Shown piece by piece: positions 1 through 12,500 of a stretch of 64,000 bases of DNA. Under the pieces are notes generated by a model. That model saw only the letters and a list, made by a program, of their open reading frames with translations. It ran no database searches and was not told the origin of the DNA. The stretch lies in assembly GCF_964204865.1 (NCBI RefSeq), contig NC_135250.1:6758001-6822000 (forward strand), given 5' to 3'. Position 1 is the stretch's first letter; every line of letters starts with the position of its first letter. Source of the stretch: Styela clava (taxonomy: Eukaryota). Both the position numbers and the translations under genes were made by a program.

Positions 1-92
1 GTCGAATTTCTGTAATGCCGGACTCGTCCCATCCCCAATTTGGGGCCACTTTATTATAATAGAATCAACTTATGAAGAAGTTGAGATAAAAA

Positions 93-284
93 GGTAAACC
101 AGTAGTGTGTGTACCAGGATAGGCTTACACCATAGTTTTGTTCCGATTTTTCCTATTTTAGTTCTATTATGAGGACTGTTTGTGTTACCGGGGTAAATAG
201 GTTTCAGTCCCTTTACACAACTTGATGTAAAATAGGCGAACAAAATCAGTTACCTCCATATTGGTACACATACTTCCGGAGCCT
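93..284 (-). mobile_element. MITE family A copy
   Basis: GTAGTGTGTGTACCAGG...CCCTTTACACAACTTGATGT...TGGTACACATACTTCCGGAGC. Confidence 0.75.
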
Positions 285-323
285 AAAAGTTACCGGTATA
301 TTTTAAACAGATAACAAAGTTAC

Positions 324-527
324 CTTTAGTTGTTCAATATTAATGTCCTTGAATGCATGTGGATCCTGCCATCCTACATTGATTGGAAACTTTGATCGTA
401 GACTTACTGCACCATGCAGTAAACATATGTTGTGTAAACAAGGAAGATATTCAGGCCGAGTGGAAGTGGTGAAGATGTCTGCATCGACAACGGTGGAGAA
501 AAATCGAAGCAGATTGTCTTTCATTCC
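324..527 (-). CDS. DHC exon 89 (AAA6 lid); gene continues past window start
   Basis: GMKDNLLRFF...LHNICLLHGAVSLRSKFP..GW. Confidence 0.93.
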
Positions 528-3500
528 CTAGATAGAGGAGAAGTTTATTTAGACTAGAAATTATGGAAAATTGAAAAAATAAGGATAAAAACACGTAAAA
601 TTTTTGCAAATAATTGTGGAATAAAAGAGGCATGTGCTTGTTTGCACGTAGAAGAAAAGCTTGTAATAGAAAAAAGTCATCCACTCTTTCTCACGAGTAC
701 GAAAATATAGGAAGGTATTAACCTCATCGAAAACAAAAAAATGGGGTACATCATATGACTTAAACATCTCATCAGCTTTCCCCTCCCACGAGATAAATAC
801 AAAAATAGCAAGTACATACACCACACAATATTTTATAAGCTAGTTTTTTGACTCAAAATCAACAAATAGGTTTTCTGTATAAATGACTTTATCTAATATC
901 ATCTTGATAACTGGGAACTAACAAGACCAAACAAACATTTTAACACAGCACAAGAAAAAAGTTATATTCTGATGGAGATCAAAGCATATAAGGTGACCGA
1001 ATCGTATGAAAATCCATACCTCATACAATATTAATAAAATCTTTTTATTTAACATTACCTTGGGGTGATCAATCACAAGCTTTATAGATGTATGTAACAA
1101 TGGGTCAGGAAGAGCATTGGCTCTTGCTGAACAAGATAAAAACAATCGGAAGTTTGCATGAGCATCTCTGCTTGATCCGTGACTCGTAAGTGATGATGCA
1201 TTGTTGTTACTTTGTGATACAATCGAGTAAACGGTGTTTAGAAGATTCTTGTTAAGTTGGACATTGTGCAAAAGTAGCCACGTTCCCTTGAAATAGATTT
1301 AAACAATATTAATGTAAGGCAATTTTTTAACAAAACAGATTTTTTTAACATTTTTTTATGAAGTTCAAATTGGTAATGATACGAGACAACAAAAAGGTTT
1401 TGTTACAAATCCTCTCATATAATTAGTTAGCAGTTTAGTTCAGGCATAAAAGCATTATAACGATACAATTTTCTTATAAAGTGTTCTCTCATCCACACTC
1501 CAAGGCTCTGTGCAAGCATTGATACAGATAGAGCTGAACTGGAATTTTCCTGAGAGATTTTTGAACTATGACACCAGCATAATTCTTCCCAATGCTCTGT
1601 AAACTAGTTTTGCTTTAGTTTAATCTGGATGTGCAAGTAATTCCAATCCTTTTGCATTGCAAGCTTATACCTGAGTCCGATTTATTATCTATACCTATGA
1701 TGTTACAATGCCCTAACAGCTAGCTTGTGCGAAGTGAACAACGCATGTAATAAGCTCAATTCTTGAAATTACTAGAAAGCCTATGTTAAATAAAAGTGTG
1801 GTAATTAACAAATTCGAATTGTTCATTCTGTGACACAAGTTTGGACGACGACTTTTTTGTATGTCGAAGGTCATTGTATTTCATGTTAGATACTCACATT
1901 ATCCATTGCATTAGAAAGTCCAGTTCGAACTTTCTTTTCTTCTGATGATCCTTCGCCCACGAATTCAATCACTTGTAATTTGATTTCATTGTTTGATTCA
2001 ACTTGTTTTTTCATGTAGTCATGTATAGAGTTGTTTTCTGAGAAAAAAGTTAGTCAAAATTGTAAAAAAACGAATCCCAGAGTAATAAATTGGGTGAAAC
2101 TTGCGCCACAGAATTTTTTGTGCAATAAAAGTGGGCCACAAAGAAAAAAGTTAAGAACCCCAGTAAAGAGTCTGTTACGTAATCAACAGCCTTGTTCGAA
2201 GTAAAATTGTGAAGACGACCACAGAAATTTCTATGCTGTGTTGAATACCGGTAATCTTTTTATTTTTGAAAGAAAGAATAGTACAATCAGTTGAAATAAT
2301 AATAAATATTTCTCACCATTTGTGAACAATAGTATTATAGGCGTGTTTGGATCACTTTGCCGTACAGCAGTCGCAATATCAGGAGGTTCATCTCTTATGT
2401 ATTTTTTACCAAGAACAGATATTACAAATTCTGTAGAAGCTTGCACAATACGATCCGAACGTATCCCTCTGAAATAGAAAAATATGTTTGAAAATGGAGG
2501 AAGTAAAAAATAAAACTAAATCTATTACTGAAATTAGTGCTTTCTACAGATATAAATGGTTACCTAGTTTTTTGGGTCGACAGATACAGGCACTTAGGAG
2601 GTATCTATACTCGGCGGTTGTCATTAAGAATATGCTTGCCATTGCTCTTCAGTTTACACTGCGTGACTTCGCAGGTTCGAATCATGTGCGATAGGATTGC
2701 TGGACTCATCACCATCATAGGGAAATAGATAACTAATCAACAATTCCCATGCTATGGTTAGCCATATGATTAGGCCATCTCAATGACTTTCCTCTCTCTT
2801 TATAAGAATATCCTATCGTAAAAGAATATGTCGACCTCCAAAGCCCTGTTATTGTATTATATCAATTACGCCAGTGTGTGTTTAACATACAGAAACCTTA
2901 ACTAATAAAAATTACCATTCTCACAAATCTACTAGCATCATAGCAAAGAAAAAACTGAACTCTAAAATTTAGGAGATAAAAGTTACAATAATTTACCTTA
3001 TCACCAGTAATCTCTGAAGAGGTGTGTAATGAGTATCAGCATTATCAGGTAATCTGTTCTTGTTGGTTTGTTCTGGTGAATCAGCCTCGCATAAAACCCT
3101 CCATTGCATTTCACGTCCTTCTTTCGGCATTCGATCAAACGAGTCGTAGAACCAATCATAGTACATTCCCAACACCTACGGTAGTTCCAAAAAAATATTA
3201 CCGGTAATGTGAACTATGTTTTCGTTTTGTAAGAATTGTCTATTTTCGCAAATTTATCATATTCAGTTTTGGCAACATACAGTGCTGGGATGGCTCTATT
3301 CATCAAATTAGCTAAAGTTGGACTGGAGTCACTATCTATCAAAAACTCGAAGTGACCCGTGTTATTGAAATAAAATAACCTGGACTCATACTCAATTAAA
3401 CTCCAGTGAGACTTAACTCAGCGATTGATGCGACTCCAGACACGGATAATTTGTGACTTGAGACTTATGATTCTACTTTTTCGAAGAAAGTTTGCAATAA

Positions 3501-6500
3501 GTAATAAAATTACGATATATTTCAATTTATTCGATTCACATAAATTACGATTTTATTGAAAGTGTTAAATTTTTGATAGAATACTTATATAAATCATTTA
3601 AATTATTCAAAAAGACAAATTCCTTTCAACCAGAAGTATCATTTTACCTGAACGTTATGAAATTGTTCTTCACTCATCCAATCGAATATCTTCTTCGCTT
3701 GTGATCTTGTTTCCGATGGATGATGTCCTAATGCCGACATCAATGCTCCTCCATACGATGGAGCAATTAAGTATTCTCGTTCGCCAATGTTGACATTTCC
3801 TTTAAAACGAAAATTAGGTTTGACAAAGGATAATATAGGATTTTCATATTCACATTGTTCAAAGCGAAAAAAGTGAATAGGCTTCATAAAAAAAAAAATT
3901 TTCAATGTCTATATTATGAAAATTTCTCTTATATTATATATATTCTATTTTTTTTGGTAAAACAATACATTTTCATCAATGAACAATTTTCTACCGACCT
4001 AAAGAATCTTCAACTTCTAATGCCGTCATCAGACTAAATATATGGCGATCCTTCTCCAGTAATGACTTAGAAATCGTAGAAAAGATATTGTAAGTCATTT
4101 GGTTGCAGACAGCTTTCAATGATGATCTCTCTGATTGACGAATGTTTTCATCATACAATCTGAAAAATTCAAATTTGGCAGAATATTAGCACTTGAAAAT
4201 CATTGGTTTATTGCTGTATAATGGAAATTTTTTACAAATTATTCGCGAACCCCATGAATCTCTGCCAGCTTGTATAATACAGTGGATTGACAATTGACAT
4301 GCTCGTTACAGTTTGATAAAGAACGGATCCACGAATTGCAATCTCAGTGAAGCCTTCCTTCGCTCGTTCAATTGATTCCTCTGCATTTGCGATCTTTGTT
4401 TGCCTGGAATAGAACAGAAAATTGGCATTCTAAGTTAGAATTGTGTCAGATTTAAATTGGTTTAAAACAAGAACTCAAACAAAATTCTGAGAAACTAAAA
4501 AAGATAATGAAATTATTTCAATTAGTTCGAACTTCCATATACTCAATTCCTGCAAAAAATTTATTATAATTTTGGTAAATAGGTTAAGTAATTGAAATCA
4601 ATTGTTTGACTGAATTACATTTTTTCAGATTGGTACTAATTTTACCAATAGCCAACATGGAGCAATATATCATTATCAAAATTAACAACTTCAATTAGTT
4701 TTGAAATAAAATATCAGATTAAAAATGTTTGAATAATGCTTAGTGACATGCCAATCAAGTGTCACAGCTTTATTTTCTGCTTTGGTTAGTTCATAAGCCA
4801 ACGCATGGCTCGGCGGTGTGGGGCATTGTGCTAAGCGTTAGGAGTACGCTCACCACCACACTTCCCTGCCGGGGGCCGCAGGTGTGAAACTCATGCAGGG
4901 TTAATTATGTGCAAGAGGTTTGCTGGACACCTTGCTGCCGTAGGGTGGTTCACGTAACCGCTGGCTGATTATGGCTTCCTCAACCATCAGGTCCATGCTT
5001 CCAAATAAAAACAAATAACTGGCTAACTAATTCCATACCCGACATGGACTGGTAACAGGACGATAGGCTGTGGTTCGCCATTAGATTAAGCCGTCCTATA
5101 AGCTTACCTTTCTCCCGAGATAAATATGTGAATCCTATCCCACCTCTACCAGGATATAATTAAATTAGGTGCGCCAAGTCAAAGCAAAAATGATTTCGCT
5201 CTATAATCCTGCGCATAAGTTGCTGTTTGTATGTACCCTTGTTTCAGGTTATTTAAAAAAAAGTACTAAATGAAATATTGTCTATGTTACAAGTTAGAAA
5301 TCTCTTATTCTAGTCTTGTTTAGCATACAGATTGAAATGATCATTTCAGTTAGTAAGATATTCTAGTTGCGTCACAAGTTATTATCTTACATTTCCATTG
5401 CGTCATCATAGTTTTTCTTAATCTCAGTCAATTTGTGTGTCACATTCAAATCGTTCAGTAATCTATGTCCACCGACTAAAATATCTTTCAGTTGATTTTG
5501 TAATTCTGCAAGAACTTTCATATTTCTCGACTTTTCGATCTGCATGTTCGTCCATTCATCTCGAAGTCGTGGCTTTTCATGCCTCATGAATCTTAGAATA
5601 TGTAAACAAAATCTTATCAAAATGATAAAATATAGGAATAGATAAAACTGAAAGATACTCTCACCAAAATAGATAAATGATAACAAGAGATCAATTTTAT
5701 AGATAAGAAGATGATGATAGAATAAAATTTGCTCACCGCATCACTGATTACTCAAAATTAGTCAATATTATATTTTTCAACCAGTTAAAATCAGTTAAAA
5801 ATTATTATAAATTTTAACACACAGTTTGAACTGGGGAAGAGAATCTGCAGGGAACCACAGTTGGTTATAGAGCAGCAACACTCATGGTCTAATAACTAAC
5901 CAAGATTGAAAGTCTGGGTTTAAGGTTATGAAGATATTGATGGTTCACATGAAATGTTTTCATCATAAATACATCGACCATACTGGCCAAGCATGACTGA
6001 AATATTGTGATTAGATTAATACCTGTCTAGTAGTTCAGTTTTAATTCCATCTCTTGTGGTTTGATTGTACAACAGAGTGGTATAGGCAGCAAGTTCTGGT
6101 GGGACATGTTGTGGTAAACTCGTGGTGTGAAGGAACATTCGGAAATTTGGATTACATTCAACTTCATGATCACCAACCTGAAATAAATGATAAGATGAGG
6201 TGTTGTCGGGTATGGATAGATAAAGGTAGGGAGACATTGCTCAGTCGTCAATAGGTCTTACATTTGGGAATAAAAAGTTGGGTCTCTAGAATTGGTAACA
6301 ATTTAATTGTTAGTTATCAACCTTAGATTCGCACATCAAAATCATGTAGGTATGATTATGTGTAAAAGAATGCTTGACCTCAAGTCCAGCAAGGTGACTC
6401 CATGAACCATTTTTATTCATTAGGAAACATTGAACTATTTAGATTATATGTCAGCAAATTTCAGGAGGTCGGATTATTTTGAAAAAAGACATTGCTTTAT

Positions 6501-9500
6501 CCTGATCCCTTACCATCATTTTGAAAGGAGTGTTTCCTTTTAGGAAAGCTGATCTACATCTGAACAGCTGATGAAATCTATCATCACGAGCGAGTGCTTC
6601 AACATCACAGTATGTGACAAGAAGAATTTGTCCCTCACTCAAACTTGTTTCAAATTGAGAACGTAGATCCTGCATGAAAGATATAACGAGAACACAGAAA
6701 AAATGTTAGGATATTAATGTGTAAGAACATATATAAAAAATGAAGAAGAAAAAATACAGCCCCCCCCCCCTTTTATATAATATCCTACCAGGGCATAAAA
6801 ATTGTGTAGCGCATGATAGAATCGAAGATTCTAGGCTACGTGACTCATGGTCTTATGCAAAGAAAAAATGGAAGGCTTCATGAAAATACCATGAGAAATA
6901 ATTCAGACTACTGTAAAAAATTTGTCAATATTGAGATCTGAATATTTATAATGTGATGGTGTGTTAATATTTTATGACATGTAAACATCAAATAAAAATC
7001 ATTTTCTAGTAAACGTTTGAAATCTTTCTCAAGGAGATTTCTGTAAAAATAAACACTTACCCGGTACAAAACTTGTACAAGATGTGGCGTCGGTTCTTCT
7101 GGGACATCATCATGATTTTCTTTGCTCATATCTGGTGAGAAATATCCATTTATCCAATCAACAATTTTGGTTGTTGGGTCGCAAATCAAACACCATGTCA
7201 TATTGCTTTCCATCGCAGCCAGAACACAAGCATTTTCAAGTGATTGGTTATCTGTTGGTAGTTTCTTCATTCTAATTGACTGAACTTCTGTAGGCTCAAA
7301 AATGAATTCCTGCAATCTGGAAAATTAAAGGTAATGCATAAAGAGTAATGTAATGTTAAAGCCAATCGTTGATGAGGAAGTTTCAAATGCTGTTCTGAGG
7401 GACACTCATATGCAGAAGGATTGTCGAACAAATTGCCTCTTACATTGAATAGAATTGGTAGTCAATAAGCAGTTGTCCAATATATGTTTATTATCTTCCT
7501 ATGATATGGTACCTCCCTATGACTGGCTTGTATAAGGCCCTGTTGTGTGTGAATCCTTATATATCATAAATTACCAGCATAAATCAGCGTATTACCTGTA
7601 ATTGGTGAATAGCATCTTGTGTGGCAACGGAAGTTCGTAATGTTTGCAAACATGGGTATAGAACGACACCATACGTCTTCTTGCGTCGATTGTCATTCCT
7701 CCGCAATATGTTTGAAATGCTGCGGCAAGAATGCAGTTTGTCAAAACTTGTTCAACTGTAACGCTTTCATCCAATTCATTCTTCCATGCATTTTCAAGAG
7801 GCTTGAGACTGAAAAATAGGGTAGATTTTTACAAATAGGTAAGATTTACATATTTTCTTTTTTTGAATATTTTTCATACAATGGTGTAGGTTCCAGCACC
7901 TACTGACTGTCAACAGAAAAAATTGGGAAAAAATACAAAAAATTTAATAGATGATGACATAAGGACTAATGTTATCATTGCGAACAAGAAAGATGGAAGG
8001 CGTCATCATCAATTAGGTCATCTCAGAACTGGCTCAGATCCATATCGTAAAAAATGGTTGTAGTATTTCTTCTCTCTGTGAATCTTTTCTTGGTAACAAT
8101 AATTTGAGTAAACAAATCAATTCTAATGTGATATTATGATATAAATGTTTGACTAGAATTGAGAAATCAGGATGAAAAGGACGAAATTTTTGTAATGGCT
8201 ACCTTTCTAATGTTGCTAGTGCAGATCTCAGTCTTTCTTTCGATGTTCGAAGTTCAGTTCTCAAATGGTGTTTTCTTACAACCGCATTGTCATATCTGAA
8301 AAAAGCAAAATTTTATAGATTATTAAAAAATTTGGCAAATTATTATTTCAATTGCCTAGAAATGTAATTAAATTTTTTCACGATTATTTATCTGATCAAA
8401 TTGGATTTTCAATAGGTTTGCTCGGAGTAAAGTTCAGAGCCTTCAACAAAAACGGTAATAGGTACTGATGGAAGAGTTGGAATAACCACTAATGCACCAC
8501 ACACTAAATATAGGTCAAAAGAAATTGGTTTGAACAAAATTTAAAATTGAAGCTTGAAACTAAAATCTATTTTATTTTTATATCATTTTATTCATTTATT
8601 TGCATAATATTGTCAAATTGTATAGAATAGAATAAAATTTCATGTGCAATATGTCACTATATTTAAAATCAGAATATATTACAGGACAAAATTCTGGAAT
8701 ACCAACTATTCTGTCATGTACAACAACCTTCTTTAGTTTGCGGACCGGTAGAATTTCAAAACTAATTTTACGGACAGGTGCACCTTTAAAATCAACTCAA
8801 GATGTCAGAAAGACAAACATGTCTAAACGAAAGTAACTGCAACAAAAGTATGCAATTCAAAAGAAGACAAATCAATTTAATGATAAGTTTGCTTCTGTCT
8901 TTTTGATATCATACATGTCAAACATGGTTCTATTGAATTCCGTGGAGCAGCGGTTGGGAACCACTGATGTACGACACTATCTAATACTTGGAGCACTTTT
9001 TTGAGTGTAGATAGAGCCACATGATAACATAAATGGTGAAGAATATCTTACTTTTCTTGTAAATCGTTGACTAAATCTGCTATTTTTTCCACGTCATCCT
9101 TTGTCAGTCCATCAATGTTAGTTTCCTTAAAAACACTGGCTGCGTCACTTACTGTATCAGATTCAGTATCATTGTCTTGGTCACTTTTTGTTTGCGGCTA
9201 TTTAAACAAAGAAGAAAGTCAAGCCAACTTTAGTCTTTCCAACAAGTAAAAAAGTCAGTTTTACACAAAATATGAAGAAAAAGGATAATCACACATTTTA
9301 ACTGGGGAAGGCGATGCGCGAGGAACCAAATATGGTTATCGAGCAGCAACACCCAATAATAAAGATTCGATAGGGAATGTCATTGAGATAGTTGGCTCAA
9401 CAGACAATATAGACTCAATCTCCTAAACAAAACAAAAACTTTGGTGCATTAAAACCTTCGTTAACAACACTTAGTAAAATTGATATTTAACTCAGCTCCG

Positions 9501-12500
9501 ACCCCGGAGGATAAATGCTAATTCCAGACTCTGATGAGGGTCTTTGAATTGTTATTACAATTTGAAAAAATCGCTCAGTAAAATTAATGTTTTTTGAGAT
9601 TAAGTCATTGTAAGTTATTGAGTAAGTTTTAGCTTCTTTTATCATCATTGAAACTCTGCATTTCCGACAAATTCAAATTTTGAAAATATGGTTTTGACCC
9701 CTGAAGATACATGCTAATTTCAGACTCGAGTTATGACCTTTGAACTGTTATTACAACTTGAAATCTAAATAAGATCTCATTGTCCATTTTAATAGGTAAA
9801 AAAACGTTAACATTTTAAATTTTTACCTTTTGATCATCAATTTCAGATCGTTTTAATTGTTCCAGTTCAGCTTCCAAACCGTTCACTTTATCAGTTGCTG
9901 ATTTGAGCGGTCCACATAATCTTAATATAATATAGGTAGTTAAGTAATTGAAATAAAAATTGGCTGATTTGGAATTTAAATCGGATAGACGGTTGGCGCA
10001 TTGTACTAAGTGTTAGGAATACTCTTGACATCACACATCTGATTACAATGCCAGAATCCAAAAGATAATTGCGTGTGATATTATTGCTGCGCTCATCGCC
10101 AGCCGCCACTAGGTGGATCATGCTACCGCTGGTCAGTTTTGGCTTCCTCTACTACATTAGTTCATGCATCTGAAACAATAAACTGATTAAATATCCCCAT
10201 ATCTGACATGGATTCCCAATTAAATAATAGGCAGTTTGCAACATGATTAAACCGTTATATTGGCTTTTCTCTTCCAAAGATAAATATGTCAATCCTATCA
10301 TATACACTTGAATAAATGTCTTATATTTGACATACATTGTATATTCAACAATACTGATAACAAACTCAACCAGGACTGCCGCGTCTTCGCTACTATATCT
10401 TGCTGATGATATTGTTATTCCAGTCACTAATAAGGAAATAAGATAACAAAGATAGAATTAGAACAATTTAATAATTATATTCCAATAATTAAATGAAAGA
10501 GAAATAAATACTTGACATTTTTTTTCCAATTTTATCTAAAATTTAATTTAATCAGTAGATAGTTTTTAAGCCAATATGGACAATAAATGATGGATATATG
10601 ATTTGACACTTTTTCTTATGATGTTTCCACGTCTTTGTTCCCACTAATATACAAGAAGCTACAGTTTTGAGGATGAACATTTTTTTCGGTTCGGCCTTGT
10701 TTACTAAATTTATTACATTCTGGGTGAGGGAGGGACAGGGTATGTAAACCAATGATATTTAATGCCAACATAGTAAAAAGTCTAACGCTTTACCCACTAG
10801 AAACTTACTGTTAGGTTTCCTTTGTTGTCCCTGAACGGAAGTTGTATGTTCAAGCAATGACCCTTCACCTGTGACCCCTTCTTGACCCTCCTTGCCTTTC
10901 TTCAAATAAGACTCAACTTCAGTAAGAAGAGATGGTTCAAGTCCAGTTTCCCAGTTCACCCTGCATGATAACAGACAATATTTGATCCCCAATTTTCGGG
11001 ATACATTTTTTATTTTATACCATTTAAATGTGTGATTAAAAATTTATTTGAAAATATATTTGTTGATACTTACGCATGGATCATTTCAACAAATCTGACG
11101 GTATCATTCATAAAATTTTGCATGCTCTTCCATTTATTTCTATCAGCTGCTGATAAACCTTCTGATTTTGCATTCGATGCCGCTGCATAGAATAAGTATG
11201 TAATTAACAATTCCCAAATTTATAATATATTGTATATATGTAAAAATTCACTTTTACTAAATGTCATAGGATAGATAGATAATGATTTATATCCGAATAT
11301 TAAGTACACATTGCATAAAAAAACAATGATCATAAAATATAAACGAAAGGGGACGAGCAAGGTCAACGGGGTAGACTGACCCATGAGTTTACATTTATGT
11401 CAAAGGAAAACAAAGCATATAAGACCGTATTATCTTATGGCTCGAAGGTTAGCACATCATGCATCGAGCCATCGCACCCTTCGCAGGTTTGAATCGAGTT
11501 GGTGATGGGATAATTAGATGCAATTGGTTTTCTGGTCAGTTACGGCTTCCTGGGAAGGTAACAGGACATGAGGCCATGGTTCACCAGATGATTAAGTCGT
11601 CTTATTGGCTTTTTTCCCCCAGGATATATATGAAAATTCTATCTTTGTTCTTTTACCAAATGTGCTCTGCCTTCTTCCTTTTGCTTTCACTTTCCTTGTT
11701 GTTCGCAGAGTACTGCCCGATGAAACTCTTGATTCCACTGGTTCAGTGGTGTGTTCTCTGCGTCCGTTTTTAGGTGTCTTTGTTTCTGAACCCCGAGTAC
11801 CCATTTGTGATTGCTGATCGGGTCTCGTACTTAAATAAGGATTTGCACCCACAAGAACCATAACCATTTCAAGAACCTAAGAAAAAATAGAAAAATTTGG
11901 GGTATATATAAAATGAAGACAAAGTAAATAAAATTTGTGTAATTATATTTTGAAGATTTCAGAAGTGTTTCGTTTCTTTTATTCTTCTGTGAGTTGATAA
12001 CCTATTATTGAAGTATTCCTTGAATTTATCTAAATTATGCGACTGAAATTAGAAAAAAAAAACATTTAAAATAAGCACAAATTATTAGGTATTTGTTTGC
12101 TATGAAACTTAAATAAATCACAAAACATTAGCTCCATTAAAAATTGCAATTGAAAAACAATACTATTTTGCTTTAATATACTTACAGCATACACTTCCAA
12201 TACATGTAATACAGAGCAATTGCTCTTGTTTACAATGTTGTTGTTGTTTTTATAAAAAATTGGTCTCATTTGCAACTAATGATATAATCAAAGCAGGATT
12301 ATGATAACAACATAACAGTTAATTCTGTCTGTTAACCAATCATACCTGTGCAACAAGTACAGGTGGATTCTGAAATTTTTTGAGTCGTTCAATGCATCCT
12401 CTGTCTACTTTATTTCTCCACATTTCAACTTGAGCTTTAGCAGATGTCAAATTCGAAGTTGCTTCATCCAATTCTTTCCTAAAATTTGTTAAATAGCTAT

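Noticed and set aside
9499-9764. Diverged ~70-bp direct repeat pair about 196 bp apart, considered as LTRs
   Set aside because: Too short and degenerate, with no TG..CA ends or TSD; likely a local duplication.
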